Origin: an uncultured Chloroflexia bacterium
Lineage (GTDB): Bacteria > Chloroflexota > Limnocylindria > Limnocylindrales > CSP1-4
Length of the DNA: 64,000 nt
Assembly: GCA_963707215.1 (NCBI GenBank)
Contig: CAVPPB010000003.1
Location: 321,415-385,414, forward strand
Direction of reading: 5' to 3'
Part shown: piece by piece, positions 27,931 to 37,960 of the stretch
Numbering within the stretch: position 1 is the first letter of the stretch
How the letters are laid out: each line of letters opens with the position of its first letter
Made by a program: the position numbers and the translations under genes
The notes under the pieces: generated by a model
Database searches by the model: none
What the model was told of the DNA's origin: nothing
Seen by the model: the letters and a program-made list of their open reading frames with translations, nothing else

Positions 27931-29355
27931 CTAGCGAGGGGCCCAATCGACGACGCCGACGACCGCCGGCTGGGCTTCCAGGTACCAGCGCCCGTCACGC
28001 TCGATCGCGTGGCGCCGGAGCGCGCCGAGCAGCCGTTCGTCCTTCGTGCTGCCCTCGGCCACCCAGGTCTGGCGGCGGACGAAGCCCGCCAGCTCATCGA
28101 GCGAGTCGAAGCCACGTGGCGGCCGCTCGACCTCGCGGACCGACGGCTGACGCCCACGAAGCTGCAGGAGCTCGACGAATTCGCCCAGGGCCGGCAGGCG
28201 GATCCGCTCCTCGCCGTGGACCTCCGGCCAGAGCGGGTCGGCGGCCGACGACGGCTGGCGGTCCATCAGCACCGCGACACAGCGGCGGGTGGCCGCGGCC
28301 TCCATCGCGTCGAGGAACGGGCCGATCGCGTCGACGTCATAGCCAAGGTGGGCGATGAGCGCGGCATCAGCCGAGCCAGGGCCGATCCCGGAGGCTGCCG
28401 CGACCGCCGGCTCGAGCGGCCAGCGGCCTTCAACGACGCGGACGTTGGCGATGTCGTGCTCGGCGGCCAGCTCGCGGAGCGCCCCGAGCATCCCGGCCGA
28501 TGGGTCGAGGGCGATGACCTCGCGGACCCGCAGCGCCAGGGGCAGGGCGAAGCGGCCCGCGCCGGCGCCGATGTCGAGCCAGACGTCCTCGGGCCGGGCG
28601 ATCGCCAGCAGCGCATCCAGGGTCTCGTCGTCGGTCCGGTGCGGGTCGGCCCGGAAGAGCGCGCTGACCGGGCCGTAGAAGTCCTTGCCGTCGGGGACCT
28701 CGCGGAACCGGTCGACCTGGGCGCGGTCCTCGCGGACGCGGTGGGCCCAGGCGGCAAGGGCGAGGTCGACGGGTGTGTCCACGTCCGGATTGTCGCCGCT
28801 CACCGCGACCTCCGTCACGAGGTCTGCGCGAGCGGCCAGGAGGGGGCCAAGGCCGCGATCCCCCCGGGCCTCGTCGGCGAGGTCCCAGGCGTCGCGGCGG
28901 ACGAGGACCGGGTTGGCCCCTCCCCCGCCGTCGTAGCACGGCACCACGATGGGGCGGGCGTCCGGCCCCGCGGTGACCAGCAGCGCCCGGACCACATCCG
29001 GCCTGACGAGCGGTTGGTCACCGAGGAAGATGACCGCCGCTGCTGCGCCCGGGAACCGCTCGGCCGCCTCGGCGAGGCCGATCCGAAGCGAGCCGGCCAT
29101 CCCCTCCTCCGGAGCCGGGTTGCGGACGACTCGCACCCCCGTATCCTCCGCCGAGGCCGGGACGACCGCCTCGACCGCCCGGGTGTCGCGGCCGACCACC
29201 AGCACGATGCCCAGCGGGCCGACCGCCGCGGCAGCTTCCAGCACGTGGGCCAGGACCGGACGACCGGCCAGGTCGGCCACGAGCTTGGAGCTGCCGAAGC
29301 GCGAGGACGTCCCGGCGGCGAGGACGACGGCGACGGTCCGGCCCGGCTCGATCAC
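27931..29355 (-). CDS. fusion protein: MobA/MocA-like molybdenum-cofactor nucleotidyltransferase plus class I SAM-dependent methyltransferase
   Basis: N-terminus is VAVVLAAGTSSRFGSSKLVADLAGRPVL...VIFLGDQPLV (NTP_transf_3). C-half has WLDIGAGAGRFALPLA...VIALDPSAGML (SAM motifs I/II). The GTG start overlaps the xdhC-like stop (GTGA). Confidence 0.8.
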   Translation of the reverse strand: MIEPGRTVAVVLAAGTSSRFGSSKLVADLAGRPVLAHVLEAAAAVGPLGIVLVVGRDTRAVEAVVPASAEDTGVRVVRNPAPEEGMAGSLRIGLAEAAERFPGAAAAVIFLGDQPLVRPDVVRALLVTAGPDARPIVVPCYDGGGGANPVLVRRDAWDLADEARGDRGLGPLLAARADLVTEVAVSGDNPDVDTPVDLALAAWAHRVREDRAQVDRFREVPDGKDFYGPVSALFRADPHRTDDETLDALLAIARPEDVWLDIGAGAGRFALPLALRVREVIALDPSAGMLGALRELAAEHDIANVRVVEGRWPLEPAVAAASGIGPGSADAALIAHLGYDVDAIGPFLDAMEAAATRRCVAVLMDRQPSSAADPLWPEVHGEERIRLPALGEFVELLQLRGRQPSVREVERPPRGFDSLDELAGFVRRQTWVAEGSTKDERLLGALRRHAIERDGRWYLEAQPAVVGVVDWAPR

Positions 29356-30458
29356 GAGGGATCGGCCACCTGCTCGTGCATCGGCTGGCCCGAGCCGCCC
29401 CGTCGCTCGGCCACGATCTCGGCCAGGATCGCCAGCGCGGTCTCGGGCGGCTCGCGGCCGCCGAGATCCAGGCCGATCGGCCCACGCAGGCGAGCGAGCT
29501 CGTCGTCGGTCACCCCAGCTTCGCGCAGCCGGCCTCGTCGGTCGGCCTGGGTCTTGCGGGAGCCGACCGCCCCGACGTAGCGGCAGGCGCGCCGCAGCGC
29601 CTCGACGATCGCCGGCTCGTCGAACTTCACGTCGTGGGTCAGGACCGCGACCGCATCGTTCGGCCCGAGGCCGATCTCCTCGGCCACCTCGTCCGGCCAG
29701 CCCACGACGAGGCGATCGACGCCGGGGAAGCGCTCGGGCGTGGCGAAGGCGGCCCGTCCGTCGATGACGATCGTCTCGAAGCCAAGCTCGGCCGCCAGGC
29801 GGACGAGCGTCCTCGCCACCTCGACGGCCCCCACGACCACGAGCCGCGGCCGGACCGGGAACGCCTCGAGGAAGACCTGTCGCTCGCCGAGGACGACGGT
29901 CCGGGACCTGCCCCGGTCGAGCGCCTCACGGGCGGCTTCCTCGAGCCCAGCGTCGAGCGTCGGGTCACCCAGGGAGCCCGTCATCCCGCCGGCCTCGTCG
30001 ACGACGATGGGGTCGGCCGGCGGGGCGCCGGCCCCCGGCTCGTGGGGCCCGAACTCGGGTGGCGGCGCATCGGCGGGCAGGACCGTCGCGACGACCCGGC
30101 CGCCACGGCCGCTGCCTGGTGCCCGGGCGGCCTCGACGAGCAGGTCGGAGAGGGCGGGCTGCACGAGGACGTCGATCGTGCCGCCGCAGGCGAGCCCGAC
30201 GTCCCAGGCCTCCTCGTCGCTGATGCCGTAGCGGATGACCCGGTCGCGCCCGTCCGCCCGGGCTCCCTCGATCTCGTCGAAGGCCGCCCCCTCCACGCAG
30301 CCGCCGCTCACCGACCCGGCGAGGCGCCCGTCCGGGGCGGCAAGGAGGACGGCCCCCTCGGGCCGGGGCGCCGAGCCGAAGGTCCGGACGACGACGGCCC
30401 TGCCGGGAGCGACGCCCTCACCCCGCCAGGCCTCCAGCGTCTCGAGCAGCTCGCGCAT
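29352..30458 (-). CDS. XdhC/CoxI family Mo-cofactor insertion accessory protein
   Basis: Start at ATG 30458 behind GAGAGGAGAG. AVVVRTFGSAPRPEGA...SVSGGCVEGA...VVVGAVEVARTLVRLA...VLTHDVKFDEPA...IGLDLGG. Confidence 0.85.
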   Translation of the reverse strand: MRELLETLEAWRGEGVAPGRAVVVRTFGSAPRPEGAVLLAAPDGRLAGSVSGGCVEGAAFDEIEGARADGRDRVIRYGISDEEAWDVGLACGGTIDVLVQPALSDLLVEAARAPGSGRGGRVVATVLPADAPPPEFGPHEPGAGAPPADPIVVDEAGGMTGSLGDPTLDAGLEEAAREALDRGRSRTVVLGERQVFLEAFPVRPRLVVVGAVEVARTLVRLAAELGFETIVIDGRAAFATPERFPGVDRLVVGWPDEVAEEIGLGPNDAVAVLTHDVKFDEPAIVEALRRACRYVGAVGSRKTQADRRGRLREAGVTDDELARLRGPIGLDLGGREPPETALAILAEIVAERRGGSGQPMHEQVADPS

Positions 30459-30481
30459 GGCTCTCCTCTCTCCCGGCGACG

Positions 30482-31912
30482 CTAGCGCAACGGCCGGGCG
30501 ACGGATGGATCGACGCCCTCGAGGGATCGCGGCGAAGCGGCCGCCACGGGGATCCCGTGGGCGTGGGCGGCCGCCATGCCAGCCAGGTCTCCGCCGCCGG
30601 TGACGGCACCGGCCCGGCGGTGCCTCGCTCGGTCGGCAGCCCCGATGCGCGCCCCGGCCAGCAGCTCGCCGAGCCGCTCGAGGCTGGCGACCGTGCCGGC
30701 CGCCAGGAAGTCGTCGACGAACGGATAGGCGGCAGCCATCCCCGCGGCGAGCGGGCGATAGCCTTCGGCCGAGGCCAGCGGATTGAGCCAGATCAGACGA
30801 TGGCAGTTCCGCCGCAGGCGAGCCGTCTCTGCGGCCACGAGGGCCGGGTCGCCACGGTCCCAGCCGTCGGAGATGACGATCACGATCCCACTGGTCCGCA
30901 GCGTCCGGCGAGCCCAGCGCTGATTGAAGTCCCGGAAGCTCTCCCCGATCCTCGTCCCACCGGCCCAGTCGACGACCTCGTCGGCGACCCGCTCCAGGGC
31001 CCGATCCCGCTGGCGGTCCTTGAGCAGCCGGCTGACCCTGGTGAGCCGGGTCCCGAAGACGAACGATTCGGTCTTGACGACGTTCGCCGCGGTCAGGGCC
31101 ATGACGAACCGCAGGAGCAGCCGGCTGTGGCGCTCCATCGAGCCGCTGATGTCGCAGAGGACGACGATCGGCCGCGGGTGCCGCACGAGTCGGCGCCATT
31201 CCCAGTCGAGGAGCTGGCCGCCGGTCGAGAGGTTCCGCCGGAACATCGCTCGCGGGGCGAGGTAGCGGCCGTGGCGGTGGAGCTCGTAGCGGCGGGTCCT
31301 CCGGGTCTCCAGGCGGGGCGCCAGGAGGTCGATGAGGCGCTCGGCGTCGCGCAACTCCGCGCCCGTCATCCGGTCGAAGGACTTGTGCTGGAGGACCTCG
31401 CCCGAGCTGTACGCCTCGGGCGAGATGGTCAGGCCCTCCACCTCGTCGCCCTCGTCCTCGGGCTCCTCCTCGGATGGGACCGCCGGGAGGGCCTGCCGCG
31501 GCTCGCGGGCCGACCGCTCCTCCGCGTCAAGACCCTCCTCCTCTGCCGCTTCGTCGGCGGTGGCATCCGGGATGACCGACTGGAGGGTGGGTCCGGCCAT
31601 GTCCCGCTCCGAGCGGCGACGCCACCAGCGGTCGAAGACCCGACCGTACGGCTCGAGATCGTCGCGCCGACGGACGAAGATGGCCGCGCCCGCTGCCCGG
31701 ACCTGGCTCCGGTCGCCGAGATCGATCGCGACGAGGGCCCGGGCGAAGTCGACCGCCGCGGCGAGATCGGCGCCCAGGCCGACCCGGCGGAGCTCGCGAC
31801 CGAAGCCGACGGCCTGGGCGAGCAGGCGGGCGCCGTCGACCGACTGATCGGTGAACGGGACGGTGGCGAAGCGCCGCTCCGGATCGAGCCCCGTCGGTGG
31901 GCGGTCGGCCAT
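30482..31912 (-). CDS. coxE: VWA domain protein, CoxE family
   Basis: IVVLCDISGSMERHSR (MIDAS DxSxS), VISDGWDRGD, RLIWLNPLA. Confidence 0.85.
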   Translation of the reverse strand: MADRPPTGLDPERRFATVPFTDQSVDGARLLAQAVGFGRELRRVGLGADLAAAVDFARALVAIDLGDRSQVRAAGAAIFVRRRDDLEPYGRVFDRWWRRRSERDMAGPTLQSVIPDATADEAAEEEGLDAEERSAREPRQALPAVPSEEEPEDEGDEVEGLTISPEAYSSGEVLQHKSFDRMTGAELRDAERLIDLLAPRLETRRTRRYELHRHGRYLAPRAMFRRNLSTGGQLLDWEWRRLVRHPRPIVVLCDISGSMERHSRLLLRFVMALTAANVVKTESFVFGTRLTRVSRLLKDRQRDRALERVADEVVDWAGGTRIGESFRDFNQRWARRTLRTSGIVIVISDGWDRGDPALVAAETARLRRNCHRLIWLNPLASAEGYRPLAAGMAAAYPFVDDFLAAGTVASLERLGELLAGARIGAADRARHRRAGAVTGGGDLAGMAAAHAHGIPVAAASPRSLEGVDPSVARPLR

Positions 31913-31914
31913 CG

Positions 31915-32829
31915 TCAGACCCCGGCCGCCACCTCGGCCAGGTAGGCGCGGGCGACGTCGCCCTGGACCTGGCGGACGTCCTCCTCGTACTTGAGGACGA
32001 CGCCGAGGGTCTCGTCGACGACCCCGGGATCGAGCTCGGGTCGGCCGAGGGCCAGCAGCGCCGCGGCCCAGTCGATCGTCTCGGCAACACCGGGGACCTT
32101 GGTCAGGTCGGCCTCCCGGAGCCGCTGGACGAAGCCGACGACCTGGCGGGCGAGGGCCTCCGGGGCGCCGGGGACCCGGGCCAGGACGATCTCGAACTCG
32201 CGCTGGGCGCTCGGATAGTCGATCCAGTGATACAGGCAGCGCCGCTTCAGCGCGTCGTGGACCTCGCGCGTCCGGTTGCTCGTCAGGACGACCCGCGGCG
32301 GTCGGGCCGCACGGATCGTGCCGATCTCAGGGACGGTCACCTGGAAGTCGGAGAGGATCTCGAGCAGGTACGCCTCGAACTCCTCGTCCGCCCGGTCGAT
32401 CTCATCGATGAGCAGGACCGGCGGCTCTGCGTCGCCATCGGCCTCGAGGGCCTGGAGCAGTGGCCGCTTGATCAGGAACGCCTCGCCGAAGATGTCGTGG
32501 GCGGCCGCCCGATCGATCTCGCCCCGCGCCTCGAGGAGCCGGATCTCGAGCATCTGGCGGGGGTAGTTCCACTCGTAGACGGCCGTATTGACGTCCAGAC
32601 CCTCGTAGCACTGGAGCCGGATGAGCCGGGTGCCGAGGGCGGTCGCCATGGTCTTGGCCAGCTCGGTCTTGCCGACGCCCGCCTCGCCCTCCAGAAGCAG
32701 CGGCCGATCGAGGGCCATCGAAAGGAAGACCGCCGTCGCCAGCGAGCGATCGCAGATGTAGTCGCACTCGCGGAAGGCGGCCTGGAGCGCCTCGATGGAG
32801 GCCAGGCGGGCGGTCGTCTCGTCCATCAC
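31915..32829 (-). CDS. coxD: MoxR-like AAA+ ATPase, CoxD family
   Basis: LLLEGEAGVGKTELAKTMA Walker A, VLLIDEIDRADEEFEAYLLEIL Walker B, 304 aa. Confidence 0.9.
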   Translation of the reverse strand: MMDETTARLASIEALQAAFRECDYICDRSLATAVFLSMALDRPLLLEGEAGVGKTELAKTMATALGTRLIRLQCYEGLDVNTAVYEWNYPRQMLEIRLLEARGEIDRAAAHDIFGEAFLIKRPLLQALEADGDAEPPVLLIDEIDRADEEFEAYLLEILSDFQVTVPEIGTIRAARPPRVVLTSNRTREVHDALKRRCLYHWIDYPSAQREFEIVLARVPGAPEALARQVVGFVQRLREADLTKVPGVAETIDWAAALLALGRPELDPGVVDETLGVVLKYEEDVRQVQGDVARAYLAEVAAGV

Positions 32830-32919
32830 CGGAATCTACACGGCCTGGCGGCGAGGGCCATCCGAGGCCGAGGGTCACCGGGTGCATCGCATCCGGGGAG
32901 CGATCGGGCCGGCAGCACG

Positions 32920-33969
32920 TCACCCGTCCGGCGCATCGAGCTCACGCGCGTACGGCGGGAACCGGAAGCGCATCGACCGGGTGAGGATGCCGCCGTGGCC
33001 CAGTCGAGCCACGGTCGCCCGGGTGACGGGCTCGCCGGTCAGCAGGCGAGGCAGGATGAGATCGGCGGCGGTCGCCTTCGAGTAGGCGCCGCACGTCGGA
33101 AGGCCCAGGATCCCGGTCCTCCCCACCCTGGCGATCCAGAGCATGGAGCCGGGGTGAGCCGGCACCCCGTGGCGGACCATCCGCCCGCCGAGCCGCTCGA
33201 TGGCGACGAAGAAGGCGTCGGTCGGATCCGTCGATGCCCCACCGGCCGTGAGGACGAGATCGACCCGGTCGCGGCCTCTGGCCATGGGCCGGAGGGCGTC
33301 GACGACACGATCCGGATCGTCGGGAAGGTAGCGGACCGCGATGACCTCCGAACCGAGGCTCTCGACCTTGGCCCGGACCGAGGACTCGAACCGATCGCGG
33401 GCCACCCCGGCGATGCTCTCCTTGACGAGGACCCCGACGCGATGGTGGGCATACGGGGCCACCCGGACGACGGCGGACGACCGGGCGGCGACCCGCTCCC
33501 CGGCGGCGACGACTCGCTCCTCGACCACGTGGGGGGCGACCTTCACGCTGGCGACCAGCGCCCCGAGGGTGACCGCCTGTCCGTCGAGGACCGTGAAGAC
33601 CTCGAGAGGATCGAGCCGGTCGATCCGCTCGACCGCGGCCAGGTCGACATGGACGACGCCGTCGTGGGCGGCGAGCAGGTCGACCCGGCTCTGGACCGGC
33701 CCCCGGACGGTGATTCCCGGGCCGCGGACGGCCTCGGCGAGTCGGACCGCCGCCTCGTCCTCGTGGAGATCGCCCGGGTCCATGACGATGACGGTCGTCT
33801 CCGGCAGGCCCAGGTCGAGCGGAGCAGAGGCGAGGGCGTCGAGATCGGCGGCCGAGAGCCGCCGACCCTTCGACCAGCGAGCCGATCCGACCCGTAGATC
33901 ACGGGCCAGGACGGCGCCGACGAGCGGATGAGGCGGTCGGCGGCCCGGACGGACGCTGGTCAGGCGCAC
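32920..33969 (-). CDS. molybdopterin-binding (MoCF-biosynthesis/MoeA-like) protein
   Basis: DLVLTAGGASTDPTDAFF, HGVPAHPGSMLWIARVG..ILGLPTCG. Position between coxM and coxD. Confidence 0.7.
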   Translation of the reverse strand: MRLTSVRPGRRPPHPLVGAVLARDLRVGSARWSKGRRLSAADLDALASAPLDLGLPETTVIVMDPGDLHEDEAAVRLAEAVRGPGITVRGPVQSRVDLLAAHDGVVHVDLAAVERIDRLDPLEVFTVLDGQAVTLGALVASVKVAPHVVEERVVAAGERVAARSSAVVRVAPYAHHRVGVLVKESIAGVARDRFESSVRAKVESLGSEVIAVRYLPDDPDRVVDALRPMARGRDRVDLVLTAGGASTDPTDAFFVAIERLGGRMVRHGVPAHPGSMLWIARVGRTGILGLPTCGAYSKATAADLILPRLLTGEPVTRATVARLGHGGILTRSMRFRFPPYARELDAPDG

Positions 33970-33990
33970 GCTCGAGCCGTCAGACCGTCG

Positions 33991-34851
33991 TCAGCTGCTG
34001 CGGGCGCGGGCAGTCTCCAGCGCCCGGCGGACCAGCACGGTGGCCAACGCTGCCCGGTAGGTCGCGTCGGCATGGATGTCGCTGTTGACCTCGATCCCCT
34101 CGGTCGCCTTCAGGGCCGCCGCGGCGATCCGGTCGGGTGAGCAGTCGGTCCCGGTCAGGGCATCCTCGACCGCCCGCGCCCGGTACGGTGCGTGAGCGAC
34201 GCCGGTGACCGCCACCCGGACGTGGTCGATCTCGCTGCTCCCGAAGACGCCGTGGCGGTGACCCAGCACGGCCGCGACCCCGACGATCGAGTAGCCGGAC
34301 GCCGGCTGCTCGAGGGTCACGTAGGCGCCACCGGCGCCCTGCGGCAGCGGCGGACGCTTGACCGCGACGATGAGCTCATCGGGGGCCAGGCCCGTCTCGA
34401 ACGGGCCGTGGAAGAAGCCGTCGACCGGGACCTCCCGTTCGCCGCGGACCGACCGCAGGACGACGGTGCCGTCTAGGGCCAGGGCGATGGCCGGGAAATC
34501 CGACGCCGGGTCGCAATGGGCCAGGGCCCCGCCGACCGTGCCCCGATTGCGGACCTGGACGTCGCCGATGTCCTTGACGGCCTCGTTGACCCAGGGGATC
34601 GAGCCGCCCTTCACGATGTCGGCGTAGGTCGTCAGCGCCCCGACCGTGGCGCCGCCGTCCTCCTCGAGCCGGATGCCCCGAAGCTCGTCAAGGCGACCGA
34701 TGTCGACGAGGCGCTCGGCGCGAGCGAGTCGCATCTTGAGGAGGGGCAGGAGGCTCTGGCCGCCGGCGATGGCCTTGGCCCCTCCGGCAAGCGCCTGGAG
34801 CGCCTCATCGACCGAGGTGGCCCGGGTGTACCCGAAGCTCGCGGGGATCAT
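33991..34851 (-). CDS. coxM: CoxM-type FAD-binding medium subunit of a Mo-hydroxylase
   Basis: MIPASFGYTRATSVDEALQAL...AIAGGQSLLPLLKMRLA, RNRGTVGGALAHCDPASD. Confidence 0.9.
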   Translation of the reverse strand: MIPASFGYTRATSVDEALQALAGGAKAIAGGQSLLPLLKMRLARAERLVDIGRLDELRGIRLEEDGGATVGALTTYADIVKGGSIPWVNEAVKDIGDVQVRNRGTVGGALAHCDPASDFPAIALALDGTVVLRSVRGEREVPVDGFFHGPFETGLAPDELIVAVKRPPLPQGAGGAYVTLEQPASGYSIVGVAAVLGHRHGVFGSSEIDHVRVAVTGVAHAPYRARAVEDALTGTDCSPDRIAAAALKATEGIEVNSDIHADATYRAALATVLVRRALETARARSS

Positions 34852-37250
34852 GCCTGGCCTCCCTTCGCGGCCTGGATCGCCGCCCAGACCTTGGGCGGGG
34901 TGAACGGCATGTCGAGATGCCGGATGCCGAGCGGCGACAGGGCATCGATCACCGCGTTGGCCACGGCGGCCGTGCTGGCGATCGCGCCCGCCTCGCCGAC
35001 GCCCTTGACGCCGAGCGGGTTCACGGGCGACGGGGTCACCGTCTCGTCGAGCTCGAAGCTCGGCAGCTTCGACGCCTTGGGCAGGGCGTAGTCGAGCATG
35101 GAGCCGGTCAGCAGCTGACCGTCCTCGCTGTAGACCGCGCCTTCCCAGAGAGCCTGTCCGATGCCCTGGGTGATGCCGCCGTGGAGCTGCCCGTCCACGA
35201 TCATCGGGTTGATCTTGTTGCCGACGTCGTCCACGGCCACGTAGCGCACGAGGTCGACCGCCCCGGTCTCCTCGTCGATCTCGACGAGGGCGATGTGGGT
35301 CCCGAACGGGAACGTGCAGTTGTCGGTGTCGTGGTAGGCCGTCTCGTCGAGGTAGGGCTCCATCCCCTCGGGGGTCTCGAAGGCGAGGTCGAGGGCGAAG
35401 GCGATCTCCGCGATGGTCTTCTTCTTGTCCGGGCTGCCCTTCACGCGGTATTCGCCACCCTCGACCTCGATATCGTCGGGTGAGGCCTCGAGCATGAAGG
35501 CGGCGTACTGCCTGGCCTTCTCGCGGATCTTGGCCGCTGCCTTGAGGGCGGCGCCGGTGCCGACGTTCGAGGTCCGGCTGCCGTAGGAGCCGTAGCCGAA
35601 CGGGGTGCCCTGGGTGTCCGAGTGCTGGACGATGACGTCCTCCATCGGCACCCCGAGCTCATGGGCGACGATCTGGGCGAAGGTCGTCTCGTGGCCCTGG
35701 CCCTGCGGCTGGGTGCCCATCGTGACGACGACCTTGCCGGTCAGGTGGACCTTGATGTTGCATGACTCCCACATGGCGGCGCCCCAGCCCTCGCCGACGG
35801 CCCCGATCCATTTGCTGGGTGCCACGCCACAGACCTCGATGTAGGTCGAGAGGCCGACGCCCAGGAGCTTGCGGCGGGCCTTCGCCGCCGCCCGGGTCGA
35901 GGCGAGATCGCCGTAGCCGACCATGGCCAGGGCCTTGTCGAGGGCCGGCTCGTAGTTCCCCGAGTCGATGTAGAGCTTGGATCCATTGACGGCCGTCAGG
36001 AGCCCCGACGGGTTGTCGTAGGGGAACGAGTCGGGCGGCAGGAAGTTGCGTCGCCGGACCTCCGCCGGGTCGATGCCGAGCTCGTCGGCGACCAGGTCCA
36101 TGGCCCGCTCCACGACGTAGGTCGCCTCGGGCCGGCCGGCGCCACGGTAGGCGTCGACGAAGGTCGTGTTCGTGTAGACGCCGGTGACCTCGCAATGGAC
36201 GGCCGGGATCTTGTAGGGGCCGGACAGGATCCGTCCGTACAGGGTCGTCGGGATGCCGGGGCCGATCGTCGAGAGCCGCCCGCCGAGGTTCGCGTACGTC
36301 TTGACCCGCAGCCCGGTGACGACACCGTCCCGGGTGGCCCCGACCTCGACGTAGGTGATGTGGTCGCGGCCGTGGATGGTGCTCTGGTAGTTCTCGCGGC
36401 GGGTCTCGACCCACTTGACCGGGCGCCCGCCGATGGCCTTGGAGGCGAACATCACGAGGGCCATGTCCGCGTAGCAGAAGATCTTGCTGCCGAAGGCCCC
36501 GCCCACGTCCGGGCTGATGCAGCGGACCTTGTGCTCGGGGATGCCGGTCACGAAGGCCGTCAGCAGGAGCCGCTGGATGTGGGGCGTCTGGCTCGACATC
36601 CAGATCGTGTACTCGTCGGTCCCGGGGTTGTACCAGCCGATGTCGCCCCGGACCTCCATCGCGTTGGGGATCAGGCGCTGGTTGACAAGGCGCTGGCGGA
36701 CGACCACCTCGGCGCCGTCGATCGCGGCATCCGTGGCGGGCTTGTCCCCGACGGCCCACTCGAAGACGACGTTGTTCGGGGCGTTCTCGTGGAGCTGCGG
36801 AGCACCCGGCTGGGTCGCCTTCTCGGCGTCGACCACGGCCGGCAGGGGCTCCCAGTCGACGCTGATCGCCTCCAGCGCATCGGCGGCCTGCTCGGCCGTC
36901 TCGGCCACCACCGCAGCGACCCCCTCGCCCGTCCACTTGACGCCGTCGGTGGCCAGGGCCCGGGGGGTGTTGACGTTGTTCTGGATGCCGCTGGCGCCCC
37001 CGGCCGGCCAGGCCATCGGCAGCGGGTTGTAGGGGATGTCCGCGCCGGTGAAGACGGCGACGACGCCGGGCATCGCCCGGGCCGCGGTCGTGTCGATGGA
37101 CCGGATGTTCGCGTGAGCGTAGGGGCTCCGCAGGATGGCCATGTGGGTCATCCCGGGGAAGCTGATGTCGTCGAGATAGCGGCCGGATCCGGTGATGAAG
37201 CGGGCGTCCTCCACCCGCTTGACCCGGGCGCCGAGGACCTCGGTGGTCAT
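34848..37250 (-). CDS. coxL: CoxL-type molybdopterin large subunit, form II (AYRGAGR active-site loop)
   Basis: Start at ATG 37250 behind GGGAGGGA, 12 nt after the coxS stop. GARVKRVEDARFITGSGRYLDD. Active-site loop DAYRGAGRPEA encoded at 36132-36152. 800 aa. Confidence 0.9.
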   Translation of the reverse strand: MTTEVLGARVKRVEDARFITGSGRYLDDISFPGMTHMAILRSPYAHANIRSIDTTAARAMPGVVAVFTGADIPYNPLPMAWPAGGASGIQNNVNTPRALATDGVKWTGEGVAAVVAETAEQAADALEAISVDWEPLPAVVDAEKATQPGAPQLHENAPNNVVFEWAVGDKPATDAAIDGAEVVVRQRLVNQRLIPNAMEVRGDIGWYNPGTDEYTIWMSSQTPHIQRLLLTAFVTGIPEHKVRCISPDVGGAFGSKIFCYADMALVMFASKAIGGRPVKWVETRRENYQSTIHGRDHITYVEVGATRDGVVTGLRVKTYANLGGRLSTIGPGIPTTLYGRILSGPYKIPAVHCEVTGVYTNTTFVDAYRGAGRPEATYVVERAMDLVADELGIDPAEVRRRNFLPPDSFPYDNPSGLLTAVNGSKLYIDSGNYEPALDKALAMVGYGDLASTRAAAKARRKLLGVGLSTYIEVCGVAPSKWIGAVGEGWGAAMWESCNIKVHLTGKVVVTMGTQPQGQGHETTFAQIVAHELGVPMEDVIVQHSDTQGTPFGYGSYGSRTSNVGTGAALKAAAKIREKARQYAAFMLEASPDDIEVEGGEYRVKGSPDKKKTIAEIAFALDLAFETPEGMEPYLDETAYHDTDNCTFPFGTHIALVEIDEETGAVDLVRYVAVDDVGNKINPMIVDGQLHGGITQGIGQALWEGAVYSEDGQLLTGSMLDYALPKASKLPSFELDETVTPSPVNPLGVKGVGEAGAIASTAAVANAVIDALSPLGIRHLDMPFTPPKVWAAIQAAKGGQA

Positions 37251-37264
37251 GCTCGATCCCTCCC

Positions 37265-37753
<489 letters not shown>

Positions 37754-37960
37754 GGGCTGGACCTCCTTGCGGTGGGGCCGTCGGGGACGACCGTGGAGTG
37801 GCGGGTGCCGGCCTGGTGCGGCGGGGACCGTCAGCGGCGGGGCGCGGCGCGGGGTCGCGACGGGGTGCCGCCGATGATGGCGCGCCGTGGCCCGGGAATC
37901 AAGCCGAGGACCGTGACACGCAAGCGACCACTGGGCGGCGCGAGCCGGCTCGACGGCGGA

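Noticed and set aside
30459-31199. 615-aa version of the XdhC-like ORF, and likewise the 868-aa version of coxL up to 37454
   Set aside because: The upstream extensions overlap coxE and coxS in other frames and are Arg/Pro-rich. Strong RBS-ATG pairs at 30458 and 37250 give canonical protein starts.
34848-37250. Calling the Mo-hydroxylase a bona fide aerobic CO dehydrogenase
   Set aside because: The active-site loop is AYRGAGR (form II) instead of AYxCSFR, and the gene order is S-L-M. CO oxidation cannot be assumed for this form.
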